A stretch of 64,000 bases of DNA from Nitrospinales bacterium. Lineage in GTDB: Bacteria > Nitrospinota > Nitrospinia > Nitrospinales > VA-1. The translations under genes were made by a program, and so were the position numbers. How positions within the stretch are numbered: position 1 is the first letter of the stretch; every line of letters starts with the position of its first letter. Shown piece by piece: positions 10,112 through 19,611 of the stretch. The notes beneath the pieces are model-generated. The model did no database searches. It saw nothing but the letters and a program-made list of their open reading frames with translations, and was not told the origin of the DNA. The DNA lies in contig CBDCXL010000002.1 of NCBI GenBank assembly GCA_965223795.1, forward strand, positions 768,001-832,000, written 5' to 3'.

Positions 10112-11047
10112 TTAAGGATCTTCCGGCCTGAGCAGCTCGGGGCGGGAGTAGTTGACGAGTCCCGGCGTTGTTTCGACGCCTTCCTGCAGCATGAGGACTT
10201 TGAGGTTCTTTAAGGTCTTGGTTTCGTACACCGCTTTGCCGCCTTCGGGACCGAAATAATTCCGCCCCAGATAAAGATGGGTCAACCCCGTAAGCTGGGT
10301 GGACTCTCCCAGTGCTCTGGCGCCCGGGTCGCCGATCAGGTTCTGGGACAGCCTGAGGATTTTGAGCGATTTGAGATTGGGGCACTCTGCCAGCACCTGG
10401 GCGGCTTCGTCGTTGAGTTTGTTGGCGGTGAGGTTGAGTTCCTCCAGCCGTCCGGCCACCTCGCCCTGCAAAAATTCCCGAATCCCTTCCGCATCGAGGT
10501 AGCTGCGTTCCAGCTCCAGCACGCGCAGGGCTTTCAAGGCGCCGGGTTGGGCCAGGGCTTTTGCGGTGGCGTTGCCGACCTGATTCCAGCCCGCGTCGAG
10601 CCGTTCGAGACGCTGGAAATGATCCGAATGCACCCACTCCGCGAGCGATGCGTCGGTGAGCTTGTTGTCGGACAGGGTCAGGGTTTTGAGGTTGACGATG
10701 GCGACCTCGGCCGATTTTGCGATGGCGAGCATCCCTTCATCGGTGAGGAAGTTGATATCCAGGTTGAGGGTTTCGACCCCGGCAAGGTGGGGGGACTCGA
10801 ACAGAATCTTCAGCGCCTCATCGTTGATCTGGTTGTCGGAAAGGTCGAGTTTTTTCACCGTCCGCACCCGATCGAAATTTGCAAGGATGGTCACCTCGTC
10901 CGTCGCCAGATAGCGGCCGGTGAGCTTCAGGGTTTCGGGGTCGTTCTTCAGCTCGGACTCGATGGTCTCTTTAAGCTTAGCCTGCTTCTCTTCGAATGTG
11001 GGTGTCGGGTCTTCGTATTCCGAATTCCCGCCGCTCGTGACTCCCAT
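10112..11047 (-). CDS. Leucine-rich repeat protein
   Basis: About 8 LRR units (LDLSDNQI, LSDNKL, LSQNLIG). Start uncertain (ATG 11047 or TTG 11062). Confidence 0.88.
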   Translation of the reverse strand: MGVTSGGNSEYEDPTPTFEEKQAKLKETIESELKNDPETLKLTGRYLATDEVTILANFDRVRTVKKLDLSDNQINDEALKILFESPHLAGVETLNLDINFLTDEGMLAIAKSAEVAIVNLKTLTLSDNKLTDASLAEWVHSDHFQRLERLDAGWNQVGNATAKALAQPGALKALRVLELERSYLDAEGIREFLQGEVAGRLEELNLTANKLNDEAAQVLAECPNLKSLKILRLSQNLIGDPGARALGESTQLTGLTHLYLGRNYFGPEGGKAVYETKTLKNLKVLMLQEGVETTPGLVNYSRPELLRPEDP

Positions 11048-11508
11048 CGGTTTCGGCTCCAAAAATAATGAAAAAAAAAACCTTCCTTTTTCCGGTTGCG
11101 GCCGCTTAAACGAGCGGGCGCGATTCCCGATTGAACGCGGAATCCATGCCGCATTCTAGCAACGATTCGAATGCATCCTCAAATGATTTTGCAAGGATGC
11201 ATATCACCCGCGGCTCATCGAATGCAAATGCTTTGGGGATACCCTGTGATCCGTTTTTGCGTGAAAATCCTGCGGCGGGCGCATCGGCTGCGGGAAAAAG
11301 CCGCCGGCTTGTTCGCCCAATCGGACTTTTGAAACAAGCCCTTGACGAAATCGCGGCAGACCGGGTTCAAAAACAATATCCGATATGCCGAAGTAAAATT
11401 AAAAAAAATTAATGGGCCGTTAACCGGTCCTTAATCTTGATTTTTTAAACTGTCTGCATCGATAAAAGGGGGGCTTGAGCGTTTTTTAAGATTGGAGGTA
11501 CACCCGTT

Positions 11509-11757
11509 ATGGCGATGTTTAAAACTCTGGATATCCGTGGTCTTTCTTTTTTCAACGCGTTCCAGGAAACGTCCAAGGCGTTTTCAGGCATCAAAAAAAA
11601 CGGCGCCTTGGAGATCATTCTGGATCGAAAGAAGAACTTCACCGACGCGTTCAAAGCCTGGGCAAAAAAGCAGGGGTACACGATTTCGGACATCGACGAC
11701 GACCACAGAATGGTGCGTCTTTTCATCACAAAGTCCACCCCCAGAAAAAAGAAGTGA
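11509..11757 (+). CDS. TusA/SirA-like protein lacking the catalytic Cys
   Basis: GGAGG RBS; TLDIRGL..., LEIILD, AWAKKQGY, RLFITK pattern of the TusA fold; no Cys. Confidence 0.7.
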   Translation: MAMFKTLDIRGLSFFNAFQETSKAFSGIKKNGALEIILDRKKNFTDAFKAWAKKQGYTISDIDDDHRMVRLFITKSTPRKKK

Positions 11758-11906
11758 GTTCATTTCTAATTTAACCGGACACGGCACCGGCTTTCTCGAA
11801 TGTTGGTCATACTTGTCTCCTCCTTGTTATGATCCAGTCCAACGCTATTTAAGAGAAGCCGGTGTTTCCTTTCCCACTTTACGCGTAGCGGCACTTTCCA
11901 AACAGT

Positions 11907-12677
11907 TCAGCGTTCCCGGTTGCGTTCGTGAATGATTCTCAATCCTTCGAGCGTGAGAAACGGATCGACGGTTTCGATGACGTCGGTTTTGCCGGCGATC
12001 CAGTCGACGATGCCGCCGGTGCCGATGACGCGCGCCTTCGGCCCCAGCTCTTCGCGGATTTTGCACACCAGCGATTCGATCATGCCCACAAACCCGTACA
12101 CGGCCCCGGACTGGATGCTTTCCACGGTGGAGCGGCCGATGATGCGGTCGGGGATTTTCATCTCGATGCGGGGCAGCTTCGCCGCCTTTTCGAACAGCGC
12201 GTCCATGGAAATCTGCACGCCGGGAAAAATGACCCCGCCCAGGTACTCGCCTTTTTCGGACACGGCGTCGAAGGTGGTCGCGGTGCCGAAATCGATGATG
12301 ATCAGCGGACCGCCGTATTTTTCGTAGGCGGCGACGGAATTGACGATGCGGTCGGCGCCCACCTCGGCGGGATTGCGGTAGAGGATGGAGATGCCGGTTT
12401 TGATGCCGGGGCCGACGATCACGGGTTCGCAGGAAAAGTATTTTTTCGCCATTTCCTTGAGGTTCGGCACCAAAGGCGGGACCACACAGGCTATAATGAT
12501 GTCATCGATGGTTTCCGCTTCCACCTGGTTGAGCAGGATGAATTCCTTGATCAGGACCCAGTATTCATCGGCGGTCCGGTTCCACTCGGTGCGGATGCGC
12601 CAGTGGGTCAGCAGCTTTTTGCCGGAGAACAGGCCGATCACATTGTTGGTGTTGCCGACATCGATTGCCAGAAGCAT
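11907..12677 (-). CDS. coaX: Type III pantothenate kinase
   Basis: LAIDVGNTN, EVGADR, IIDFGTATT, GGVIFPG, TGG motifs. Confidence 0.96.
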   Translation of the reverse strand: MLLAIDVGNTNNVIGLFSGKKLLTHWRIRTEWNRTADEYWVLIKEFILLNQVEAETIDDIIIACVVPPLVPNLKEMAKKYFSCEPVIVGPGIKTGISILYRNPAEVGADRIVNSVAAYEKYGGPLIIIDFGTATTFDAVSEKGEYLGGVIFPGVQISMDALFEKAAKLPRIEMKIPDRIIGRSTVESIQSGAVYGFVGMIESLVCKIREELGPKARVIGTGGIVDWIAGKTDVIETVDPFLTLEGLRIIHERNRER

Positions 12678-12831
12678 GGTTTCACCGATCACCGGGTTGC
12701 ATGTTGCCTGCCTTCCGCAAAAGCGCGGCGCGGCGGCGGATCACTGGGGATCGCTTAGGTTAGCAAACCGGCCCGAGGTTGGCAACGCAGAATAAATAGA
12801 CCAAACAGGCGTATTATCGCAGGAGGCGGAA

Positions 12832-13053
12832 ATGGTGACGGACCGGTTCAATATCGAAATGGAAGACATCTCTGCATTTAAAATCGAGCGTTCCGCGGAC
12901 CAATCGTTCTGGGAAGAGATCTCTCACGAGGAATTGACGGGAAGCATTTTCCCTGAAATACCGGAAGATAAGCTCAAGCGCTTTCTGGGAGTGGTGAGAA
13001 ACGGCGGCTGGTTCAAACTCGGCGACTATTTTTACCGGATTCAGGCCTCCTGA
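12832..13053 (+). CDS. Small hypothetical protein
   Basis: AGGAGG RBS, 73 aa, protein-like composition; 13-nt tail overlap with the next gene. Confidence 0.6.
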   Translation: MVTDRFNIEMEDISAFKIERSADQSFWEEISHEELTGSIFPEIPEDKLKRFLGVVRNGGWFKLGDYFYRIQAS

Positions 13054-13973
13054 TTCGGCGCCGACCGATCCCGGCTTTCGGGAATCAGGAGTTTGAGCGG
13101 TTCCGGAGCCGCAAGGATTCTGGCGGGCAGCGTGCCGGCGAGGTCTCCGTCCGCCTGGACGGGTTCTTCCGCATCGCCTGTGATGCGGATGTCCCTGGCA
13201 TCCTGCACCTGGGTCACCCGGCTTTGCAGCCAGCGGCGGGCCGCGAACGCGGCCAGATCGAGCAACGCGCCGCATCTTCCCTCGCGTGCGAAAAGAGACA
13301 CCGTGAACCCCTCGCGGCTGAGGCTGGTGCCGGGAGCGAGGCGCACCATGCCTCCGTAATAGGCTGCGTTTGAGACCACCACCCAGGTGGCGGCGTAGGT
13401 TTTTCCATCGATCTCGACGCTGAGCTTTTTGGGGGGATGAAACAGGATCTGTTCGAGCACCGAAACCGCATACGCCAGCTTGCCGGTCTTTTTTTTCAAG
13501 CCCGGCCGCACATCGCGCACGGCGCGGCCGTCGAGCCCCACCCCCACCATCAAAAGGAACGCGCGCCGGTTCAACAGCCCCACCTGAACGGAAACCGCGT
13601 GTCCTTTGACAATGCAGTCCGCCATCGCGTCCACCGTGGGCTGCAAACCGATTTCCCGCGCCAGCACGTTCTCCGTTCCCAGAGGGAAAATGCCGAGCGG
13701 CAGCGGCGATCCCAGCAGGCCGTTCACCACTTCGTTGATGGTGCCGTCGCCGCCGGCGGCGATCACCGTGTCGCAGCTTGCAGACTGCACCGCCTCGCGC
13801 GCCAGGTCCTCAGCGTCCCGGATCTTCTGCGTCCGCTTCAGTTCGATGACAAAGCCCTTCTCCTCCAGCCTTTGCAGCACAGGCTCGAGCAGGCGGGCGC
13901 TGCGGCCCGCAGTGGGGTTGTGTATGACCCAAAGCCAACCGGACACCCGGCCCAAATCACTCTCACTTTCCAT
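13041..13973 (-). CDS. Diacylglycerol/lipid kinase family protein (YegS/BmrU-like)
   Basis: HNPTAG, AGGDGTINEV, PLGTENVLA, QADGD motifs. Confidence 0.9.
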   Translation of the reverse strand: MESESDLGRVSGWLWVIHNPTAGRSARLLEPVLQRLEEKGFVIELKRTQKIRDAEDLAREAVQSASCDTVIAAGGDGTINEVVNGLLGSPLPLGIFPLGTENVLAREIGLQPTVDAMADCIVKGHAVSVQVGLLNRRAFLLMVGVGLDGRAVRDVRPGLKKKTGKLAYAVSVLEQILFHPPKKLSVEIDGKTYAATWVVVSNAAYYGGMVRLAPGTSLSREGFTVSLFAREGRCGALLDLAAFAARRWLQSRVTQVQDARDIRITGDAEEPVQADGDLAGTLPARILAAPEPLKLLIPESRDRSAPNQEA

Positions 13974-14204
13974 GTATCCGCCGATTTCCCATCCGCCGAA
14001 AAATTTTTAAGCAAAATAAAATCAATGTGATAACTTCAAACTTAAGGCCTGTCCGCTGGAAGGTGTCGGCGGCAACGATCCTGCGTAAAAATTTTCGAGA
14101 CAGATCGGGCCGTATGCATTACCTTTATAAACGCTTCTATTAAAAGCCCGTGCGATTCGGCTTCCGAAAACGGGAGCGGAACCGCCGTCAAAGGAAACCG
14201 TTCA

Positions 14205-14516
14205 ATGGTGCCCCCACAACTGATTCAACCCGAGACCGCCGCCGGAATGCTGGTTGTTGTTTTTCTGATCGTGTTCGCGCTCGTCCTGGTGCTTCTGTTT
14301 TTATTTCAGGCGCAGAAGCAGGCGCACAATTGTTTTAAAGAACTCAAGCGGCAAAATCAAATCCTGGAACTGCAGGCACAGTCCATCGGCGAGATGAATC
14401 AATGGCTCCGCTACTTCAACGACCGTCTGGGAAACAAAGCGAAAACGCCTCCTCCCAAATCGCAATCATCCACCAAAAAACCCACGCCGATTTCCAGTTA
14501 CAAAAAAACGATTTGA
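14205..14516 (+). CDS. Hypothetical single-pass membrane protein
   Basis: N-terminal hydrophobic helix followed by a short coiled coil and basic tail. Confidence 0.6.
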   Translation: MVPPQLIQPETAAGMLVVVFLIVFALVLVLLFLFQAQKQAHNCFKELKRQNQILELQAQSIGEMNQWLRYFNDRLGNKAKTPPPKSQSSTKKPTPISSYKKTI

Positions 14517-14622
14517 ATCTCTCCCCAATATTTGATAACTCAGAAACTAGATCCTGTTGCATCTGAATATTCCAATCACGTTGATCTTAGGCGCATCCTT
14601 TATCGAAGCCACGGTGAAACGC

Positions 14623-15027
14623 ATGAACCCTATCATCAGACTTGCGGGTATTTTCCTCTTTTCCCTGTGGCTCACAGGATGCGCAGGGTCCATCAACGGT
14701 CCGACCCAGATGGTGACCATCCACACGGTTCCCAATCATGCCAAAATCACCGTGGACACGCTGCCCGGCTCCTCGTTCATGACACCGGTCAGCATCCCGC
14801 TCGCGAGAAACCGGCATCATCTGATCACGGCGATGACCCCCGGACACGAAACCCTCAACACCCACATCTTTCCGAAAACCGACACCAAGGCGGTGATTCT
14901 GGATTGCGTCTGGCTGTGCATCCCGCTGATTTTCGATGTCCCCAAGGGGGCCACCAAGAAACTGCAGCCGGAAACGGTGACGATTTTCTTCACCAAAAAG
15001 CCGCGCCTTTCAAAGCGGGAACCCTGA
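14623..15027 (+). CDS. Lipoprotein with PEGA-like domain
   Basis: LTGC lipobox; TIHTVPNHAKITVD..TPVSIPL..PGH pattern. Confidence 0.7.
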   Translation: MNPIIRLAGIFLFSLWLTGCAGSINGPTQMVTIHTVPNHAKITVDTLPGSSFMTPVSIPLARNRHHLITAMTPGHETLNTHIFPKTDTKAVILDCVWLCIPLIFDVPKGATKKLQPETVTIFFTKKPRLSKREP

Positions 15028-15230
15028 CGCCCTTTGTTCAGTCCGGCCCCCGGCCGCCCCCACGCAACGTTCCGGCCGTGTATTTGCAGGCAAAATAATT
15101 ACTTACATTTTTCACGGAATTTTCGGGAACCGTTGCTTTATAATGGCTTTCCAGGTTTTCACCGCCTGGAGACCGGTCCGCGCGGCTGGGAGACGAACCC
15201 TGAAATTGGAAGCATTCCGAGAATTTCACG

Positions 15231-15701
15231 ATGCTGGAAGACTGGATTTTAAAACGTATCGAAATCGAGAAATCAAAAGAGGATCTGAACGGCGCGGACC
15301 TCAGCGATGCCAAATTGATGCAGGCGAACCTGAGCCAGGCGAACCTGTGTGACGCCGACCTCACCAGCGCGTATCTGATCCGCGCCAATTTGAAGGACGC
15401 CAATCTTCAGGACGCCACGCTGGTCAAGGCGGTGATCAGCGAAGCCGACCTGAGCGGCGCCAACCTGAGCGGCGCCGATCTCAGCGACGCCTTTTTGAAC
15501 GAGGCCACTCTGACGGGAGCGGACCTGGAAGGCGCGGAGCTTCTCGATGCCAACCTGTGCGGCGCCGATCTCAGCGGAACCAAGAACCTGTGCTGCGAGC
15601 AGATCACATACGCCATCATCGACAAGGAAACGCGGCTGCCTGAATACCTCAAGGTTGAATGGTCGGAAGACGATTCGTTCGACTGCGAAGAGGTGTCCTG
15701 A
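15231..15701 (+). CDS. Pentapeptide repeat protein
   Basis: Continuous A(D/N)Lxx repeats. Confidence 0.93.
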   Translation: MLEDWILKRIEIEKSKEDLNGADLSDAKLMQANLSQANLCDADLTSAYLIRANLKDANLQDATLVKAVISEADLSGANLSGADLSDAFLNEATLTGADLEGAELLDANLCGADLSGTKNLCCEQITYAIIDKETRLPEYLKVEWSEDDSFDCEEVS

Positions 15702-15803
15702 AAAATTTTTCCAAAAATAATGTTCCGCACTCTGAAAAAATGTACTATAAGTGGACCATTAGAAAAGGCATTCAAATAACATCTTTCCCGTGGAGGAAAG
15801 GAA

Positions 15804-16403
15804 ATGCCGATGCCCGTCCCTCTCGACGTCAAACGCCGCGTCCCGGCACGCAGCACACTGATCGATTACAGCGGCCAGGACCTCACTTCCCGCAACTTCA
15901 TCCGGGCCTCGCTCGAAAGCGCCAATCTCGCCAAGGCCAATCTGAGGAAAACCAATCTGATCGACGCCAATCTCACGAACGCGGACCTGAGCGGCGCCAA
16001 CCTGACGCGCGCGGTGCTGATCGACGCCGACCTCACCGGGGCCAACCTCATCGGCGCGAGCCTCATCGCGGCGAACCTGCTGGGCGCGAACCTTAAGGAC
16101 GCCAAGCTCTGCAAGGCGGATTTTCTGCGCGCCAACCTGATGGGGGCCGACCTCAAGGGAGCGAACCTCATCGGCGCGGACCTGACGGAGGCGGACCTCA
16201 GCCGCTGCGACCTCTCGCAGTCGCTGCTCAGAGGCGCGATCCTGTGCGGCGCGAACCTGTACCACACGCAAAACCTGTCCGTCACGGATCTGCAATCGAC
16301 TTTCTTCAACCGCAGGACGCGTTTTCCGGAACACATCCCGATCTTCTGGATATCCGACACCACCTACCGGATCGGTCACGAGGTGCACCGCTCGGCCCAG
16401 TGA
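15804..16403 (+). CDS. Pentapeptide repeat protein
   Basis: GGAGG RBS; continuous A(D/N)Lxx repeats. Confidence 0.93.
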   Translation: MPMPVPLDVKRRVPARSTLIDYSGQDLTSRNFIRASLESANLAKANLRKTNLIDANLTNADLSGANLTRAVLIDADLTGANLIGASLIAANLLGANLKDAKLCKADFLRANLMGADLKGANLIGADLTEADLSRCDLSQSLLRGAILCGANLYHTQNLSVTDLQSTFFNRRTRFPEHIPIFWISDTTYRIGHEVHRSAQ

Positions 16404-16928
16404 CGCACAGTCTCTTTTCCCGCCCTGCCCTGCCGGACTGCATGAAACCGAGTTATCCGACAGACAGTAGCGCTACGTTGTGCTCGCCGTCCGTTCCCGA
16501 CAATCGTTTTAAACCCACACGCAGCCGCAAAAAAAATTTTTCCCCGGCGCGCGGTTTCTAAAAGATTCAAAACCAATCGCCCTCTGCGCTGGCTGCACCG
16601 CGGCGTGAAAGCGGCTTCACATCGGCTTCGAGTTTGATGCTATAGTGTCGGGGACGTTTTTCTTCCAGCGAAAGTCTTCACCCATGCTTTCGATCGATCC
16701 TGGTCTGAAGCCACGGCATCCACGAACCAACATCATCCGAAATAAAACGATATATCTTGCCAGGCAGACCGGTCCTGTTGCAGGGCGAAAAGGGGGAAAC
16801 CGCCCACTCGCGGTGCGGTGCATCGTTGCCCATCGCCGGGGACACCGGGTTGAAGGGTTTTTCTGTCAGCGAATCCAAATACGGGCGCAGTTCACACAAA
16901 ACCGGAAATTCATTTTTGGAGGGAGTCC

Positions 16929-17306
16929 ATGTCGGAGTCTAAAGATAAAATCAACGGCTGGAGAGAAGGCAGCGGCTATGTGGGCAGTTTCATCCATCTG
17001 GCGGATCAGACGTACTTCAGCAATCTGATCAACCAGCAGGGGCACCTGAACGCAGAGAAGAAACACGAACTGGAACAGACCCTGGAACACGTGCGCGAAA
17101 CCACGCGCTGGTTCGGCCGCGGCCTGTCCGCCATCGGCAGCCTGATGATCAGCTCGGGAAGCATGAACTCGGAGGACCTGGTGGGCGCGGGCGGCCTGAT
17201 CCACGAGCTGGGAGACGCCATCAATCAGCTGCAGGACATCGACGAGCGGCTGACCTGGACGCTGACCCACCCGAACGGCGATGCGGGCATTAACAAAACG
17301 GAATGA
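16929..17306 (+). CDS. Hypothetical protein
   Basis: GGAGGGAG RBS, host-like codon usage, helical 125 aa. Confidence 0.7.
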   Translation: MSESKDKINGWREGSGYVGSFIHLADQTYFSNLINQQGHLNAEKKHELEQTLEHVRETTRWFGRGLSAIGSLMISSGSMNSEDLVGAGGLIHELGDAINQLQDIDERLTWTLTHPNGDAGINKTE

Positions 17307-17629
17307 CGGTCCGGACCGCCGCATTCCACAGGCCCAAACTGGCAGCGCGGGTGTCCGCACCGCGGCCCTTGAGCCTGCCCCGGCGCGCGCCGCACCCGAT
17401 TTTCCCGCTAAAGGCATTGAAATATTCGTTGCCGGTTTTATACTTGAGGGAGGGGATGCACTCACAACCCTTTGACGCTTCAATTTAAATCACTGACAAC
17501 GCGGCGCTTACCAGTAGAATCCCCTGCCCCGCACCGATCATCTAAATAGACGGACACTTTTTTCAACCGGCCTTGAACCGCCGTTCGTGTCTGGCGTTCC
17601 ATTTCACGATCCCCCGTCAGAGGTGACCC

Positions 17630-18760
17630 ATGCAGCTAAATTCGGCGTTAGGGATTGAAAAAATTTTCAGCTTCGAATTTGTGGTCGATTTTTTTGACCG
17701 CAGCCGGGACTTTTATATCGAGAAGATGGGCCTGGCTGAAACGCACCGCTCCACGTCCCAGTGGGAGCAGAAGTTCAGCAGCCGCGGCATCTATTTCAGC
17801 GCGGGGGACTTTCGCGTGCTCCTCACCTGCCCGCTTTCCTCGCACAGCTACACCGCGCAGTATCTGAAGATGCTGTGCCCCGGCGTCCGCACGGTCACCT
17901 TCAAGGTGAAGGACCTGAAAAAAACCGTGGAGTACCTCAAAGCCCACGACGCGACGTTCGTGCACGGGGAAAAGGAAGTGCGCTCCGACAGCAGCGTGCA
18001 CCGCTTCGTCACCATCGCAACGCCGATCGGCTTTCTCGAATTTTCCTTTCTGGAAATCGAGGGAGAGGAAAGCGACATCCCCATGTTCGAAAAGACGGAT
18101 GAAACGCCGGGGGTTCTGTCCACGTTTCAGCGCATCGACCACATGACGGTCAACGCGCGCACGATCTTTCCGATCTGCAGTTTTTTCGAACACGTGATGG
18201 GGTTTGAAACGTTCTGGACCGTGGCCTTCCACACTCCGGACTACAAGTCCGGCAAAAAAGGCACCGGCCTGTCTTCGAGAGTGATGTGGGACCCGGGATC
18301 GCAGACGAAATTCGCGGTCAACGAACCGCTGTATCCGCATTTCAATCAGTCGCAGATCCAGACCTTCGTCAACAAGAACCACGGCGCGGGCGTGCAGCAC
18401 GTGGCGCTGTCGGTGAAGGACCTGATCGGCACGGTGGACGCGATGCGAAAACGCGGCATCGAATTTCTGGAAACGCCGGACACGTATTACGATATGCTGC
18501 CGGAGCGGATCGAAAAAAACCGCATGGGTCCGCTGCAGGAAAATCTGGACGCGTTGAAGCAACAGCGCATTCTGGTGGACGGCAAGGACGGCAACTACCT
18601 TTTGCAGATTTTCCTCAAGGACGCATCGCTGCTGTACCAGGAGGATCAGGCGGGACCGTTTTTCTATGAAGTCATCCAGCGCCGGGGTCACGACGGCTTC
18701 GGCGAAGGCAATTTCCGGGCGCTGTTCGAAGCCATCGAAATGCAAGAGACCGGCCTGTGA
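17630..18760 (+). CDS. hppD: 4-hydroxyphenylpyruvate dioxygenase
   Basis: IDHM, SQIQTF..HGAGVQHVAL, YLLQIF, FYEVIQR..GFGEGNFRALFEAIE (His/His/Glu iron triad). Confidence 0.95.
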   Translation: MQLNSALGIEKIFSFEFVVDFFDRSRDFYIEKMGLAETHRSTSQWEQKFSSRGIYFSAGDFRVLLTCPLSSHSYTAQYLKMLCPGVRTVTFKVKDLKKTVEYLKAHDATFVHGEKEVRSDSSVHRFVTIATPIGFLEFSFLEIEGEESDIPMFEKTDETPGVLSTFQRIDHMTVNARTIFPICSFFEHVMGFETFWTVAFHTPDYKSGKKGTGLSSRVMWDPGSQTKFAVNEPLYPHFNQSQIQTFVNKNHGAGVQHVALSVKDLIGTVDAMRKRGIEFLETPDTYYDMLPERIEKNRMGPLQENLDALKQQRILVDGKDGNYLLQIFLKDASLLYQEDQAGPFFYEVIQRRGHDGFGEGNFRALFEAIEMQETGL

Positions 18761-19608
18761 GACTGCTGCGCTTTCTGGCCCGCAACGGCAATGCGGAGCA
18801 CGGTCTTTTGTTTGAGGACAGGGTCTACCCCCTGATCGACATGACCACCACGGAGGCTCTGGATGCGCTGACCGGCGGCAAGGACCCGGGCAAAAAAATC
18901 CTGCGGCAGACGCCGGTCCCGCTGGAGGGACTGACCCTCTTGCCGCCCATCGAAGCGCCGGGGGCGTACCTGGATTTTTACAGCTTCGAGCAGCATGTGA
19001 AGACCGCGCGCGGCAAACGCGGGCTGGACGTGCCGCCGGAATGGTACCAGTATCCGGTGTGGTACAACGGATCGACGCGCTGCTTCAGCGGCGACGGCTC
19101 GACGGTGGTGTTTCCCGGCGGCGAGAACAAAAAGGATTTCGAGCTGGAACTGGCGGTGGTGCTGAAAAAACCCTGCCACAAGGTGACGCCCGAACAGGCG
19201 AAAGACTGCATCGGCGGCTACACCATCCTGAACGATTTTTCCGCGCGCGAGCTGCAGGCAAAGATCATGCGCGTGGGGCTGGGACCGGCGAAGGCGAAGG
19301 ACTTCAACAACGGACTGGGGCCGTGGGTGGTGACGCCCGATGAGATCGAGAACCCGCGCGATCTCGCCATGCGGGCCTGGGTGAACGACGAGATTTGGTC
19401 GGAAGGCAACAGCGGCGACGCGCACTACACCTTCGAGCAGATGATCGCCTTCGCGTCGGAATTCCAGACGCTGTATCCCGGCGACATTCTGGGAAGCGGC
19501 ACGGTGGGCACCGGCTGCGGACTGGAACTGGACCGGTTTTTGAAAACCGGCGACAAGGTGGTGCTGGAAATCGAGTCCATCGGCAAACTGACGCACTGGA
19601 TCGGGTGA
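18757..19608 (+). CDS. Fumarylacetoacetate hydrolase family protein
   Basis: DFYSFEQH, DFELEL, ILNDFSAR, PAKAKDF, PGDILGSGT; GTGA overlap with hppD. Confidence 0.9.
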   Translation: MRLLRFLARNGNAEHGLLFEDRVYPLIDMTTTEALDALTGGKDPGKKILRQTPVPLEGLTLLPPIEAPGAYLDFYSFEQHVKTARGKRGLDVPPEWYQYPVWYNGSTRCFSGDGSTVVFPGGENKKDFELELAVVLKKPCHKVTPEQAKDCIGGYTILNDFSARELQAKIMRVGLGPAKAKDFNNGLGPWVVTPDEIENPRDLAMRAWVNDEIWSEGNSGDAHYTFEQMIAFASEFQTLYPGDILGSGTVGTGCGLELDRFLKTGDKVVLEIESIGKLTHWIG

Positions 19609-19611
19609 ACC

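Noticed and set aside
12762..12795. GCAAACC..GG..ACGCA resembling a c-di-GMP-I riboswitch
   Set aside because: No GNRA loop and no second stem with receptor.
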